DNA of 53,326 nt. Origin: a virus. The DNA lies in IMG/VR virus record IMGVR_UViG_3300045988_173421, positions 1-53,326 of that record; one strand, written 5' to 3'. Shown in pieces: positions 45,291 through 53,326 of the stretch (positions are counted from its first letter, which is position 1; every line of letters starts with the position of its first letter). Under the pieces are notes generated by a model. The model was not told the origin of the DNA. It made no database searches and saw only the letters and a program-made list of their open reading frames with translations. The position numbers were made by a program, and so were the translations under genes.

Positions 45291-45639
45291 CTAGTTTCCA
45301 CAGCCTAACCCGTTCTCGATTACAAAATTCACAGCATCCCTCACCAGCAAAGGTATAACCGCTACAACGACAAACTACTATTTCTCCCTGATCAATCTGA
45401 TCTAACTTTGCTTCAACATTCGCTATAATAGACCTGAAATCTTGTTTATTTAAGCGGATAGTATTTGTGATTGAGCGACGATCATACACCTGTTTTGTCG
45501 AAGTCTTAATCACAAATACAGGTTCATTATTATTGCCGGTAAACATAGATACTGTTAAATTGTCATGTTCAAGTTCGCTTGGTTTATGTTTTAAAGGGTG
45601 AGGTTTATGTTTTAACAAGTTTTTTCTAAATACTTCCAT
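45235..45639 (-). CDS. Hypothetical Cys-rich protein (CRCSG...CCEFC) with a short HKPHPLKHKP repeat
   Basis: 13-bp direct DNA repeat at about 45585-45625. Confidence 0.45.
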   Translation of the reverse strand: MEVFRKNLLKHKPHPLKHKPSELEHDNLTVSMFTGNNNEPVFVIKTSTKQVYDRRSITNTIRLNKQDFRSIIANVEAKLDQIDQGEIVVCRCSGYTFAGEGCCEFCNRERVRLWKLGGNKMVKAYGYEPIEETE

Positions 45640-45670
45640 TCAGTTTCCCTCCTTTGTATCCTCCATTAGT

Positions 45671-45877
45671 TTACTTTTCTTTAATCTGAATTAGCGCCAC
45701 ATTGTCTACAGGTATTAACTCAATTGAACCCGACCCAACATGATTGATAAGAGAGACTTCCTTTTCTTTTTTGAAAGCTTCACTATAAAGTACTCGCTGA
45801 TCTTCTAAAGTAGTATCCGGAACGTCAAGACTCACATTCATTCCGTTTTTCAAATATACTGTCACTGTGACTGTCAT
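45671..45877 (-). CDS. Hypothetical protein (68 aa)
   Basis: ORF. Confidence 0.4.
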   Translation of the reverse strand: MTVTVTVYLKNGMNVSLDVPDTTLEDQRVLYSEAFKKEKEVSLINHVGSGSIELIPVDNVALIQIKEK

Positions 45878-45916
45878 CCTATTTTCCTTCTTTCTTTTTT
45901 TCTGCTAATGCTCCAC

Positions 45917-46384
45917 TTACATGAACTGCACACAGCCTTCTTCGCTTGCTAATTCAAAAGCTTTTTTAAAGTTCAAGTACGTTTCAAAATCATATTCGTC
46001 TAACTTCTCTCTCGCTGTTTCTTCCAAATCACTAAAATCCTTCGCCAGTTTCTTGGAGACGATCGGACCAATAAATCCTTCACAGTCGGAAAACATGATT
46101 AGCTCGAATAATTGTGAGTTTGATGCTATATTCTCCAATTTCTCTCTGAAACGGTTGTAATACGAGTAAGCTCCCGCTCTAAATCTAAGAGAATCGTCAG
46201 GAGAATAAACACCAGCTACTAGCCCTTGTGTCCGGCCTTTAAAATACTGTTCTGTATAATCAAGTGTTGATTGATCAATTTCTACAAGGTTTTCCCAATC
46301 TACTAGACCTCCGTCTACGTCTCTTTCTGGATAAGCTACTTTTTTCATTTTCTTATACGCTTCAATATCTAATCCCATTTTCAA
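45917..46384 (-). CDS. Hypothetical protein (155 aa)
   Basis: ORF. Confidence 0.5.
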   Translation of the reverse strand: MKMGLDIEAYKKMKKVAYPERDVDGGLVDWENLVEIDQSTLDYTEQYFKGRTQGLVAGVYSPDDSLRFRAGAYSYYNRFREKLENIASNSQLFELIMFSDCEGFIGPIVSKKLAKDFSDLEETAREKLDEYDFETYLNFKKAFELASEEGCVQFM

Positions 46385-46581
46385 TCCTTCTTTCTCAATT
46401 CATCTACTGTAATATCAAGTGCATCTGCTATTTTGCATACAAGTTCAAATCTCGGGTCTTTTATGTTTCCAGTCATAAGCTTTGTCATGTGTCCAGTTGA
46501 AACGTTAATTTTCTTCGCCAAACGGTACTCTGTCATCTCTTTTTCCTTGAGTCGCTCATTTATACGTCTGATACTTAACAT
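46381..46581 (-). CDS. XRE-family HTH protein (66 aa)
   Basis: ..YRLAKKINVSTGHMTKLMTG.. Confidence 0.6.
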   Translation of the reverse strand: MLSIRRINERLKEKEMTEYRLAKKINVSTGHMTKLMTGNIKDPRFELVCKIADALDITVDELRKKD

Positions 46582-46641
46582 CTCTTACAGCTCCTTTCGT
46601 GCTGTTTTACACTAACTTATTTAAATCAGCTATTGCCCCAG

Positions 46642-46953
46642 TTAGCGGAGCTTTTCTAAATCAGTCGACTTCACGAAGGAGCCGTTGATCATTTCTCCTG
46701 TCCGATTCTTTATTTCGTCATATGCACAATTTACGCACTCATATAGGTTCATGTCATTCTGCATTGCTAAGATGATCAATGTCACGACTGTATCGCCAAT
46801 TCCGTCACGCAAAGAAGCGCGGTCACTACGAACGATCGCCGCAGCAACCTCGCCAAGTTCTTCCATCACTTTCAACATTTGCTTGCTAGAATCAGCAGTG
46901 TCTAATTCTTTGTCTTTAGCCCATTGCTCAATTTTTTCAATCAGTTCATTCAA
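46642..46953 (-). CDS. MazG-like nucleotide pyrophosphohydrolase
   Basis: ..MEELGEVAAAIVR..IGDTVVTLIILA.., typical of the MazG/NTP-PPase family. Confidence 0.65.
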   Translation of the reverse strand: MNELIEKIEQWAKDKELDTADSSKQMLKVMEELGEVAAAIVRSDRASLRDGIGDTVVTLIILAMQNDMNLYECVNCAYDEIKNRTGEMINGSFVKSTDLEKLR

Positions 46954-46968
46954 AATACTGTTCTCCTT

Positions 46969-47979
46969 TTACGCTACATATTTTTCGTGTTCTAGTTTCA
47001 AGTCTGATCCCGACGTGTCGATGTATTGAAGCGTTGTGTCCACATCTGTGTGTCCGAGAAATCGCCGCACATCGTTCAGGCTCATTCCTCTTTTCAGTGC
47101 TAAGGTTGCGGCAGTTCTCCGAAACTTATGTGGATGAACATGCGTCACGCCAGCACGTTTTCCAATTTCTTTGACCATCTTCTGAATACCGTTGCTAGTC
47201 ATAGCTGTTCCCACTCCGTGTAATCCACACAGGATAGGTCCTTCTGAATGCGGCTTTATCACAAGATAATTATCAATAGCCACTTTGGCACGCGCATTGA
47301 CGAAAACAACCCTTTCCTTGTTGCCTTTTCCGATCACAGTGATGGTTCCCCGTTGCTGATCATAGTTTTCCATCGTCAACATAGTCAGCTCTGTAACTCG
47401 GCAGCCTGTCGATAACAAGAGTTCGAATGTTGCTTTCTCTTTCGGCTTCCGACAAGCATTTCGCATCAGTTCTACTTCGACTGGCGTAAAGGCTTTTTTT
47501 AGTCGTTTTTCGACTTTGATCTTCTCAACCCTTCGTCCGGGATCCCTGCTAATGTATTCTTCTTCAAAGAGCCATTTAAAGAATCGACAGATTGCACCGC
47601 GTTCTCTATCTAAAGTTGCTGATGATAGATGATCATTCATTTCTCTATTCGCAATGTAAAGACGTATATCATTCGTGGTCACATCGTTAAATGATACTCG
47701 TACCCATCGATTAAATTTATCTATCGTTCGCATCGCCAGATTGATCGTTCCAGGCGAAAGACCGCGAAGTTTCATACTCACAAAATATTGCTTGTATGCG
47801 GCAATGTCAGAAGTTTCATCGTAGATGATCACATCTCGACATTCTTCTTCGAGTCGTAATTTTTCTAGGTTGATTGTTAAAACAATTTTCAGTTTTCTAA
47901 GTTGCTTTGCTTCAAGTTCGGGCTCCATGTTCCTGACAACAGCATTAATAAATTGCTCTTTCAATTCCATGATTACCAC
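46969..47979 (-). CDS. Second tyrosine recombinase (XerC/XerD-like) embedded in the replication module
   Basis: Catalytic residues ..CRVTEL.. ..GKGNKER.. ..HPHKFRRTAA.. ..GHTDVDTTLQY.. Confidence 0.8.
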   Translation of the reverse strand: MVIMELKEQFINAVVRNMEPELEAKQLRKLKIVLTINLEKLRLEEECRDVIIYDETSDIAAYKQYFVSMKLRGLSPGTINLAMRTIDKFNRWVRVSFNDVTTNDIRLYIANREMNDHLSSATLDRERGAICRFFKWLFEEEYISRDPGRRVEKIKVEKRLKKAFTPVEVELMRNACRKPKEKATFELLLSTGCRVTELTMLTMENYDQQRGTITVIGKGNKERVVFVNARAKVAIDNYLVIKPHSEGPILCGLHGVGTAMTSNGIQKMVKEIGKRAGVTHVHPHKFRRTAATLALKRGMSLNDVRRFLGHTDVDTTLQYIDTSGSDLKLEHEKYVA

Positions 47980-47990
47980 CCTTTCAAAGG

Positions 47991-48200
47991 TCAGCTCACA
48001 TACATATCAAATTGTTTTTCAACTTCTTCACGTATAATTTCCATAGGTTTTGAAATGTTAACAAACCATTCATTCGCTGCTAGTATTTCACTGATAATTT
48101 GTTCTTTCGGTGTTTGATTCGAATATTCTTTTGGCATCGCCTGAACAAATATCCTTACTTGACGATCAATTCTTTTCCGTTCCCACATTTTCATGTTCAT
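47991..48200 (-). CDS. Hypothetical protein (69 aa)
   Basis: ORF. Confidence 0.4.
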   Translation of the reverse strand: MNMKMWERKRIDRQVRIFVQAMPKEYSNQTPKEQIISEILAANEWFVNISKPMEIIREEVEKQFDMYVS

Positions 48201-48487
48201 ACCTCCAGATATCGATATGACTTCCCAAATCTATCAGTTCCGTTGTTCCTTGCTAGATTTCGAATGGTTACTGGTGACAAAGTGGATCGCTGTCCTAATT
48301 CATCCTCAGTTCCAACCAGTACAATCCGGTTATTGAAACTCACTTCAATTTTTTTCTTTGGATGTTTTGGCAATTCTCGCCATATTTTATTGCCGAGTTT
48401 TTCTGCTTCACGTTTGATATCTTCGTCATACCAGTAATTTGGATGAGCCATCAACATTCGAAATCGTTCTTTGTCAGTCATTGTCAC
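48197..48487 (-). CDS. Hypothetical protein (96 aa)
   Basis: ORF. Confidence 0.45.
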   Translation of the reverse strand: MTMTDKERFRMLMAHPNYWYDEDIKREAEKLGNKIWRELPKHPKKKIEVSFNNRIVLVGTEDELGQRSTLSPVTIRNLARNNGTDRFGKSYRYLEV

Positions 48488-48734
48488 GTAATCTCAACTC
48501 CCTTACACGGTCCACGCCGCTCTCAGTCATTCGAATGGTTCTCACTGCTCCCGGTTCGATATTTAACAAGTTCATGGCTTTCAATTGCCATAAATATGAA
48601 CTGACTGATGATGTTGAGGGGATGCCTGTATTTTTTGATATCTGACGAATCGTTGGTGGATATCCCTTTTTCGTAATAAAGTCATCAATGAATAGCAACA
48701 CTATTTCTAACCGCTGCCGCTTTATCTGTCTCAT
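48474..48734 (-). CDS. LexA-N-terminal-like winged-helix DNA-binding protein (86 aa)
   Basis: ..KKGYPPTIRQISKNTGIPSTSSVSSYLWQLKAMNLL.. resembles the LexA DNA-binding domain. Confidence 0.5.
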   Translation of the reverse strand: MRQIKRQRLEIVLLFIDDFITKKGYPPTIRQISKNTGIPSTSSVSSYLWQLKAMNLLNIEPGAVRTIRMTESGVDRVRELRLRDND

Positions 48735-49141
48735 TCTCGAACCTCTTTTCTTTTGGATATAGGCATATTAAAGGGATAGTGAACGAATCTGCCGCTTTGT
48801 TTTTTTGCCAGTTCAATTACAATTCCCAGTTCGCTGGCGACAATCTTCGCTTTCAGCCGAAAATCTTTCGTTTCCATGCCTTTGACATCAACAAGTCGAA
48901 CAAGCTTTCCTTGATCGTAGAACGCATAATCGGCCACATACTGTGTTTTTTTGATTGTCCATGGATTGATTTTCAGCGTTGGAAGAATATCCAATCGTTC
49001 CTGAAGTTTTAGTTCATATTCATGTTTTTTTGCATACGCAACGGCGATTGGATAATAATCCGCCTCAGCAATCGAATCAAACCAACGATCATAGCGATAT
49101 ACTTTTTTGTTACCGTATTTCGATCTTGATTGATACCTCAT
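48731..49141 (-). CDS. DUF1064 / PD-(D/E)xK nuclease-family protein (possible junction resolvase)
   Basis: ..VADYAFYD..LVDVKGMETKDF.. motif. Confidence 0.5.
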   Translation of the reverse strand: MRYQSRSKYGNKKVYRYDRWFDSIAEADYYPIAVAYAKKHEYELKLQERLDILPTLKINPWTIKKTQYVADYAFYDQGKLVRLVDVKGMETKDFRLKAKIVASELGIVIELAKKQSGRFVHYPFNMPISKRKEVRE

Positions 49142-49401
49142 GCAGACACCTCAACATTCATTCGACTCGTGAGAAATGTGAGATAGTAATCGGCATTCGT
49201 CTTGCTGTAATCTACTTGTTTAGTGACGTATCGAAGAATGTAGCAAGTAATCATAAGGCAGAAGCGGTGTTCAATTTCTTCGTGAGAACAATCAATTCGA
49301 ACCATCTTTCTTAAACGTTCATAGTACGAACGTAATAATTCTTTCTCATCCTCGTTACTCGCTGTTTCGCCTAATTTGCTAATGATTTCGAGAAATCGCA
49401 T
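49138..49401 (-). CDS. Hypothetical protein (87 aa)
   Basis: ORF. Confidence 0.4.
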   Translation of the reverse strand: MRFLEIISKLGETASNEDEKELLRSYYERLRKMVRIDCSHEEIEHRFCLMITCYILRYVTKQVDYSKTNADYYLTFLTSRMNVEVSA

Positions 49402-50332
49402 CTTCCATACCTCGCTTTACTATTTCTTTTCTCAGTATTTCTATTTCAGTTTCAGTAACTCCGCGGTTACCATACTTCTCAGCGAAATAGTCGAGAGAAG
49501 CATTCCCACTCATCTTTTCTGCCCACCAGTGATCCCAAAGTCTTTTGGTTGTCCAATCATTGCCCCGCTTTTGATTATTCGAGTTTCGGGAATAGTGTCC
49601 GGTTAAGTGCTTTCTTGCTTTTTCAACAGTGTCTATTTTAGATTCTTCCCAACTCTTCAGTATCTGGTTCAAATAATTGTAATTGCGTGCTCCATGTTTA
49701 AGCATGTCATCAATCGCAAGAATCACAATTTCATCTTGACCACCAAAATCGTTTACCCAATGCTGAATGGATTGAGTAATGAATGGTGCTTCTGCTGAAT
49801 TTACTTGATTGAGCCAATAACGCACAGCGCTATCTTCTGAATCTTTAGTATTACTAGATACAGAAGCATTAATATTATTTACTTTAGTTTTGTTTCCTTT
49901 ACTTTGGGGATTAATGTTCACATTAACTCCTTCTGCTTGCGAGTTATTGTTAGCATTAATTAAATATGCTGTTGGTTTTGGCGATTTCCTTCTCTTTGTC
50001 GCTTCGAAAAAATTTGCTTGGATGTTTTCGCTTGTCAAGACCTTAGCCGAGTTAAACAGGTCCTCATCAAAGAATCCCCATGTAACTAAGCGGATGACTA
50101 TTTGCTCTAACAATTCCTTACTTACTCCAGGCAGGCGTTTTAAAAGTGTTGCTCTCGTTAAGTCATTCCATACAACGAAGTATCCCTTTTTGTATACCGC
50201 GCATAACAGCTTGATTACCGCTAACTCACCTTTAATGCCAAACTCCCCAGCAATAGCTTCTATCTTTTCATCTTCAAAAATGTCAACATCAAGAGGGAAA
50301 TAATCAAGACCGCTCTTTGTTGGTCTTGCCAC
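49379..50332 (-). CDS. Phage replication initiation / replisome organiser (N-terminal phage-rep domain plus DnaD-like C-terminus) with an Asn-rich linker
   Basis: N-terminus ..GLDYFPLDVDIFEDEKIEAI.. typical of replisome-organiser proteins. Confidence 0.65.
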   Translation of the reverse strand: MARPTKSGLDYFPLDVDIFEDEKIEAIAGEFGIKGELAVIKLLCAVYKKGYFVVWNDLTRATLLKRLPGVSKELLEQIVIRLVTWGFFDEDLFNSAKVLTSENIQANFFEATKRRKSPKPTAYLINANNNSQAEGVNVNINPQSKGNKTKVNNINASVSSNTKDSEDSAVRYWLNQVNSAEAPFITQSIQHWVNDFGGQDEIVILAIDDMLKHGARNYNYLNQILKSWEESKIDTVEKARKHLTGHYSRNSNNQKRGNDWTTKRLWDHWWAEKMSGNASLDYFAEKYGNRGVTETEIEILRKEIVKRGMEDAISRNH

Positions 50333-50375
50333 AGCTTCACCTCCTACTCTAGAAGGGAGAAATATCTCCCTCTAA

Positions 50376-51305
50376 CTAAAATGGAAAATCATCGTCTTTA
50401 TTATTTGAATCATCCTTCTCATCAAAAAGTCCAGTCTGCTCTTTACTTTCCGATTCTTCAGCAGATATTTTCTCTGCTTCCTTACGCTCTGTTTCTATTG
50501 GTTCCGTCTCACTCAGTCTTGTTTCTTCTATCAGATCATCATTTTCATCCAATCTGAATACTTTTTCGTCTGATGTAACGGCTGTTTGCATTTCAACGGA
50601 TAATATCCCCCATTTAGAAAGCATATTTCGAAGCACAGTTTTAATTGCCATTTGATTGTAGTTATCAATCCAAGCACCTGACAGTTTTTCTTTGTCTTTC
50701 CCCTTCGCATTCTTGATGCGATGCGACTCAATCTCTTGCTTAGTCCAATAGACCGTTTTTTTGAAGCCATTTAACAATTCGAAGAATCCAACATATCCAA
50801 TCACGGTATCGGATTTCTTTGCGTTATAATCGAAAGTAAATTCTTCTGTTAATGGATTCCAGTCAATGAGTTGACCTTCATAAACTTCAAGTGCATTCAA
50901 TGCTTTATACTGCCCTGAGCGTTGAGCTAGCTGAATGTAGCCTTTGTATCCTAGTATGAACTGAGCTTCATTGTGAGTGATCCACTTGTTACCTCTCTTT
51001 TCGCTTCGATTAAATGGAACAATATATGCATATCCGAGATTTTTATCAATAGGCAAATCCATTGTTGCTGCTTTTAGAGCAGAAGCAATTATTGTCATTG
51101 GCTCAGCTTTTGCTAAATAATTGTCACCGCCGACTAAAGTCATTAGAGATCCCATGAAAGAATCCGATTTTTCATGAAGAATATCTTGGAATTTCTTCTT
51201 CATTGTCGGTGTTGCCATCAAAGATTTAAAACCCAGTGACTGAGCATCAACTTCTTGTGTCTTTTGTTCAGAAAGTTGATTTTTGAGTGTGTCATTTGTT
51301 GCCAT
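50376..51305 (-). CDS. recT: RecT-family single-strand annealing protein
   Basis: ..GYKGYIQLAQRSGQYKAL.. core; paired with YqaJ. Confidence 0.8.
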   Translation of the reverse strand: MATNDTLKNQLSEQKTQEVDAQSLGFKSLMATPTMKKKFQDILHEKSDSFMGSLMTLVGGDNYLAKAEPMTIIASALKAATMDLPIDKNLGYAYIVPFNRSEKRGNKWITHNEAQFILGYKGYIQLAQRSGQYKALNALEVYEGQLIDWNPLTEEFTFDYNAKKSDTVIGYVGFFELLNGFKKTVYWTKQEIESHRIKNAKGKDKEKLSGAWIDNYNQMAIKTVLRNMLSKWGILSVEMQTAVTSDEKVFRLDENDDLIEETRLSETEPIETERKEAEKISAEESESKEQTGLFDEKDDSNNKDDDFPF

Positions 51306-51306
51306 G

Positions 51307-52248
51307 TTAGTTGATCTCCTTTACTGCTAATTTTTTATAGCATGATGCTTTATAGATAGATTGATCTTTGGATACTTCGGGATATTTTTCCTCTAATAGC
51401 TCTTTGTTAATTGATGTACGTTTGCATGACTTCCAAGAGATTACTGATTTAGGAGTAATCGCAACCACTGCGTTTTGTTTTCCCAATTCTGATGTAATCT
51501 GATTATCGATTTGTTGAATTTTCTTTTTTATCAAAGCCTCATCAGTCTTAAGTTGTTTCTTAGTCTCAATCAACTCATCAAAGGTACTTGAAAGTGTAAT
51601 CTCATTTTCGCCTTCTTCTGAATATCGTTCCTTTAGAAAATCGGTAGTTGCATCACTGCCATCTATTGATGGCTCAACTCCTTTTAAAACATTCACTTCC
51701 CAGAATTCAACTAATCGCTCCGTAATCATGTCAATCAAGGCTTGGTCACGATCAACCTTCTTCCAAATGAAACGTTGACCACCGATTAATACTGCTACAT
51801 AAGCACAATCACGATTCAAAACATTCATATAATGTTGGATTTGACACAGGTAACTCATAGGAATCTCGTCACCATCCCACTCTTTGGATAAAAAAGCATT
51901 TGCAGTTTTACATTCCAAAATCGCATTTTCTCCAACTACGTCACGATCAATATTTGCACGAAGAAATGGATGTAAAGGATGTTCGAAAACTTGATTCCGT
52001 CTTCGAACTTTTTTTCCAGTTCGCTCGGTAAACTCTTTCGCTACAACTTCTTCTAGTACATTGCCCCAATACGCTGGTTCACTGTCCGATTCCTCAATTT
52101 CAATTTGACCAGTCTTTTCAAGCCATAGTTGATATGGAGCTTTCCATTTATTCAATCCTAGAATCGTAGCAACATCAGAACCACCAATACCTTTTTGACG
52201 ATCCATCAACCATTCTGTTCTGGTCATGTCCAGTGTAGATTTACTCAT
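51307..52248 (-). CDS. YqaJ-family (lambda-Exo-like) exonuclease
   Basis: N-terminal ..RTEWLMDRQKGIGGSDVATILGLNKW..; start at the internal ATG with RBS GAAGGGTGGG. Confidence 0.75.
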   Translation of the reverse strand: MSKSTLDMTRTEWLMDRQKGIGGSDVATILGLNKWKAPYQLWLEKTGQIEIEESDSEPAYWGNVLEEVVAKEFTERTGKKVRRRNQVFEHPLHPFLRANIDRDVVGENAILECKTANAFLSKEWDGDEIPMSYLCQIQHYMNVLNRDCAYVAVLIGGQRFIWKKVDRDQALIDMITERLVEFWEVNVLKGVEPSIDGSDATTDFLKERYSEEGENEITLSSTFDELIETKKQLKTDEALIKKKIQQIDNQITSELGKQNAVVAITPKSVISWKSCKRTSINKELLEEKYPEVSKDQSIYKASCYKKLAVKEIN

Positions 52249-52432
52249 CTTCAACCCACCCTTCCATATTTTCAGGATTATCTTCATCATTGGGTATGTG
52301 AACATTTACAAAAACATGACACTCTGGGTCCGCCATTGCGGCATCGTAATCAAACATGTTATAATCCTCCTAGATACTATTTCGTTTGTGACTTACTTTT
52401 GCTTGCCGGCGAGTAAGTCTTTTTTTGTCTTC

Positions 52433-52630
52433 TCATAATCCCATCACCTTTTTACCAATCGTATTTACTCCAAGTAAGACGGGTAAAAGAATTAATGATA
52501 TTTGCCAGTAACCGACACAAATCGTTCCGAGCATAGCTCCTGTTAATAAAACTTTTGCAGCTCTATTTTCGGATTTCTGTTTTGCTACTTTGACTGGAAC
52601 TGTTGGGATGTATTCAAAATCATTTCTCAT
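52433..52630 (-). CDS. Small two-TM membrane protein (65 aa)
   Basis: Hydrophobic. Confidence 0.45.
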   Translation of the reverse strand: MRNDFEYIPTVPVKVAKQKSENRAAKVLLTGAMLGTICVGYWQISLILLPVLLGVNTIGKKVMGL

Positions 52631-52905
52631 ACTCTCACCTCGTAATTTCTAGACGTGTTTCGTTCCTTCCACTCCATTGCTAACTCAAAAGGTATTCTGC
52701 AAACTTCTTTAGTTCCAGGTCTTGTCGGTGCTGTTTTTTCCATAGGTAGCGGATCAAAGGACCGATCAGTATATCGCTTAATAGTTCCAATAGAATATCC
52801 CCATCGCCGTGCTAATTCAGACCGGCTAATCATTTCTTGTGTCTTTTTACTAGCTGCAATTTTATCCTTTCTAAACTCAACTACATTTTGCTTTTCGATA
52901 ATCAT
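52627..52905 (-). CDS. HTH DNA-binding early protein (92 aa)
   Basis: RBS AAAGGGGA before ATG 52905; ..ISRSELARRWGYSIGTIKRY.. Confidence 0.55.
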   Translation of the reverse strand: MIIEKQNVVEFRKDKIAASKKTQEMISRSELARRWGYSIGTIKRYTDRSFDPLPMEKTAPTRPGTKEVCRIPFELAMEWKERNTSRNYEVRV

Positions 52906-52907
52906 CT

Positions 52908-53326
52908 TTAGTCCCCTTTCATGTATTTCTTCGCTACCCAATGAGGCATGCGTTTTTTGAATGCAGTACTCACATTCATTCCTAAAATTTTTAGAATGGA
53001 GAATATAATGGATAACTCGACAACAATTTCATCAAGAAATTCCATTACATACTTTTCAAGATCGGTTTTATCCTCGTTGTTTAAAGGCTCTAATTTTGAC
53101 TTGATAAGCAATAACTTCGCTTGTTGTCGTCGCTCTTCTCGCTGTTTAGTTTCTTCTTCTTGCAGAAAATCCAATTCAGTTGGCGTTAGTATTTCCGCGA
53201 TCTTTCCATCTAGGGCTTTTAACGTACCTAAGTACTTATTACCCACTTGACTAGCGAAAAGATCATCGCCAACAGCATTGTTAATCTCTACTGCTTTATT
53301 AATTGGAACTTCTTGTGAGCCTTTCG
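52908..53326 (-). CDS. C-terminal part of the wrap-around HTH/coiled-coil protein (continues from 335..1)
   Basis: The reading frame is open to the window end and in phase with the 1..335 segment across the 55-bp overlap. Confidence 0.55.
   Translation of the reverse strand, partial: KGSQEVPINKAVEINNAVGDDLFASQVGNKYLGTLKALDGKIAEILTPTELDFLQEEETKQREERRQQAKLLLIKSKLEPLNNEDKTDLEKYVMEFLDEIVVELSIIFSILKILGMNVSTAFKKRMPHWVAKKYMKGD

Noticed and set aside
49900-50000. AT-rich ATTAAT-containing stretch inside the replication protein gene, as a possible origin
   Set aside because: The stretch is plausible by position (the linker region of a replisome organiser). No clear iterons could be delineated by eye.

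Overview
The window reads as a complete, circularly closed temperate siphovirus-type phage genome of roughly 53.27 kb from a low-GC Firmicute (Bacilli-like) host. Bases 1-55 are identical to 53272-53326, and one ORF reads in frame across that junction, which looks like an assembler-style circular overlap. Coordinates quoted above 53271 lie in that duplicated overlap.

Minus-strand lytic arm, read from about 770 across the junction and down to 14780:
- cro-like HTH and a second HTH protein
- YqaJ exonuclease and RecT
- DnaD-like replication protein, DUF1064 nuclease and a LexA-like winged-helix protein
- an extra Xer-like tyrosine recombinase, then MazG
- many small genes, then ArpU
- two tRNAs (Met-CAU and a degenerate Ile-GAU-like)
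- TerS and PBSX-type TerL, portal, minor head protein, protease/scaffold and major capsid protein
- connectors, major tail protein and a tail chaperone with a -1 frame extension
- a 2169-aa tape measure protein carrying lytic transglycosylase and M23 peptidase domains
- Dit, Tal and receptor-binding proteins
- XkdX, XhlA, holin, and an amidase endolysin with a signal peptide

Plus-strand lysogeny arm (924-9244):
- ImmR-like repressor and a variant ImmA
- lysogeny cargo: a TM protein, a TGA-interrupted gene, a lipoprotein and a membrane-anchored EndA/Spd-like DNase
- a tRNA 3'-fragment scar
- a very AT-rich ParA-like ATPase with two unknown genes
- a tyrosine integrase with downstream CTATCACC arm repeats that look like attP

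Plus-strand moron operon (9851-13683):
- driven by a promoter overlapped by a perfect Cheo (LexA) box
- encodes a split Y-family polymerase, YolD and an SRAP (HMCES-like) peptidase

The most unusual element sits between that operon and the endolysin. It is a tandem array of five minus-strand sigmaA promoter / 50-65-nt transcript / intrinsic-terminator mini-units (13737-14274). Four of the promoters have exact 17-bp spacers containing TGTAAC-type palindromes. The array lies immediately downstream of a tRNA-like gene.
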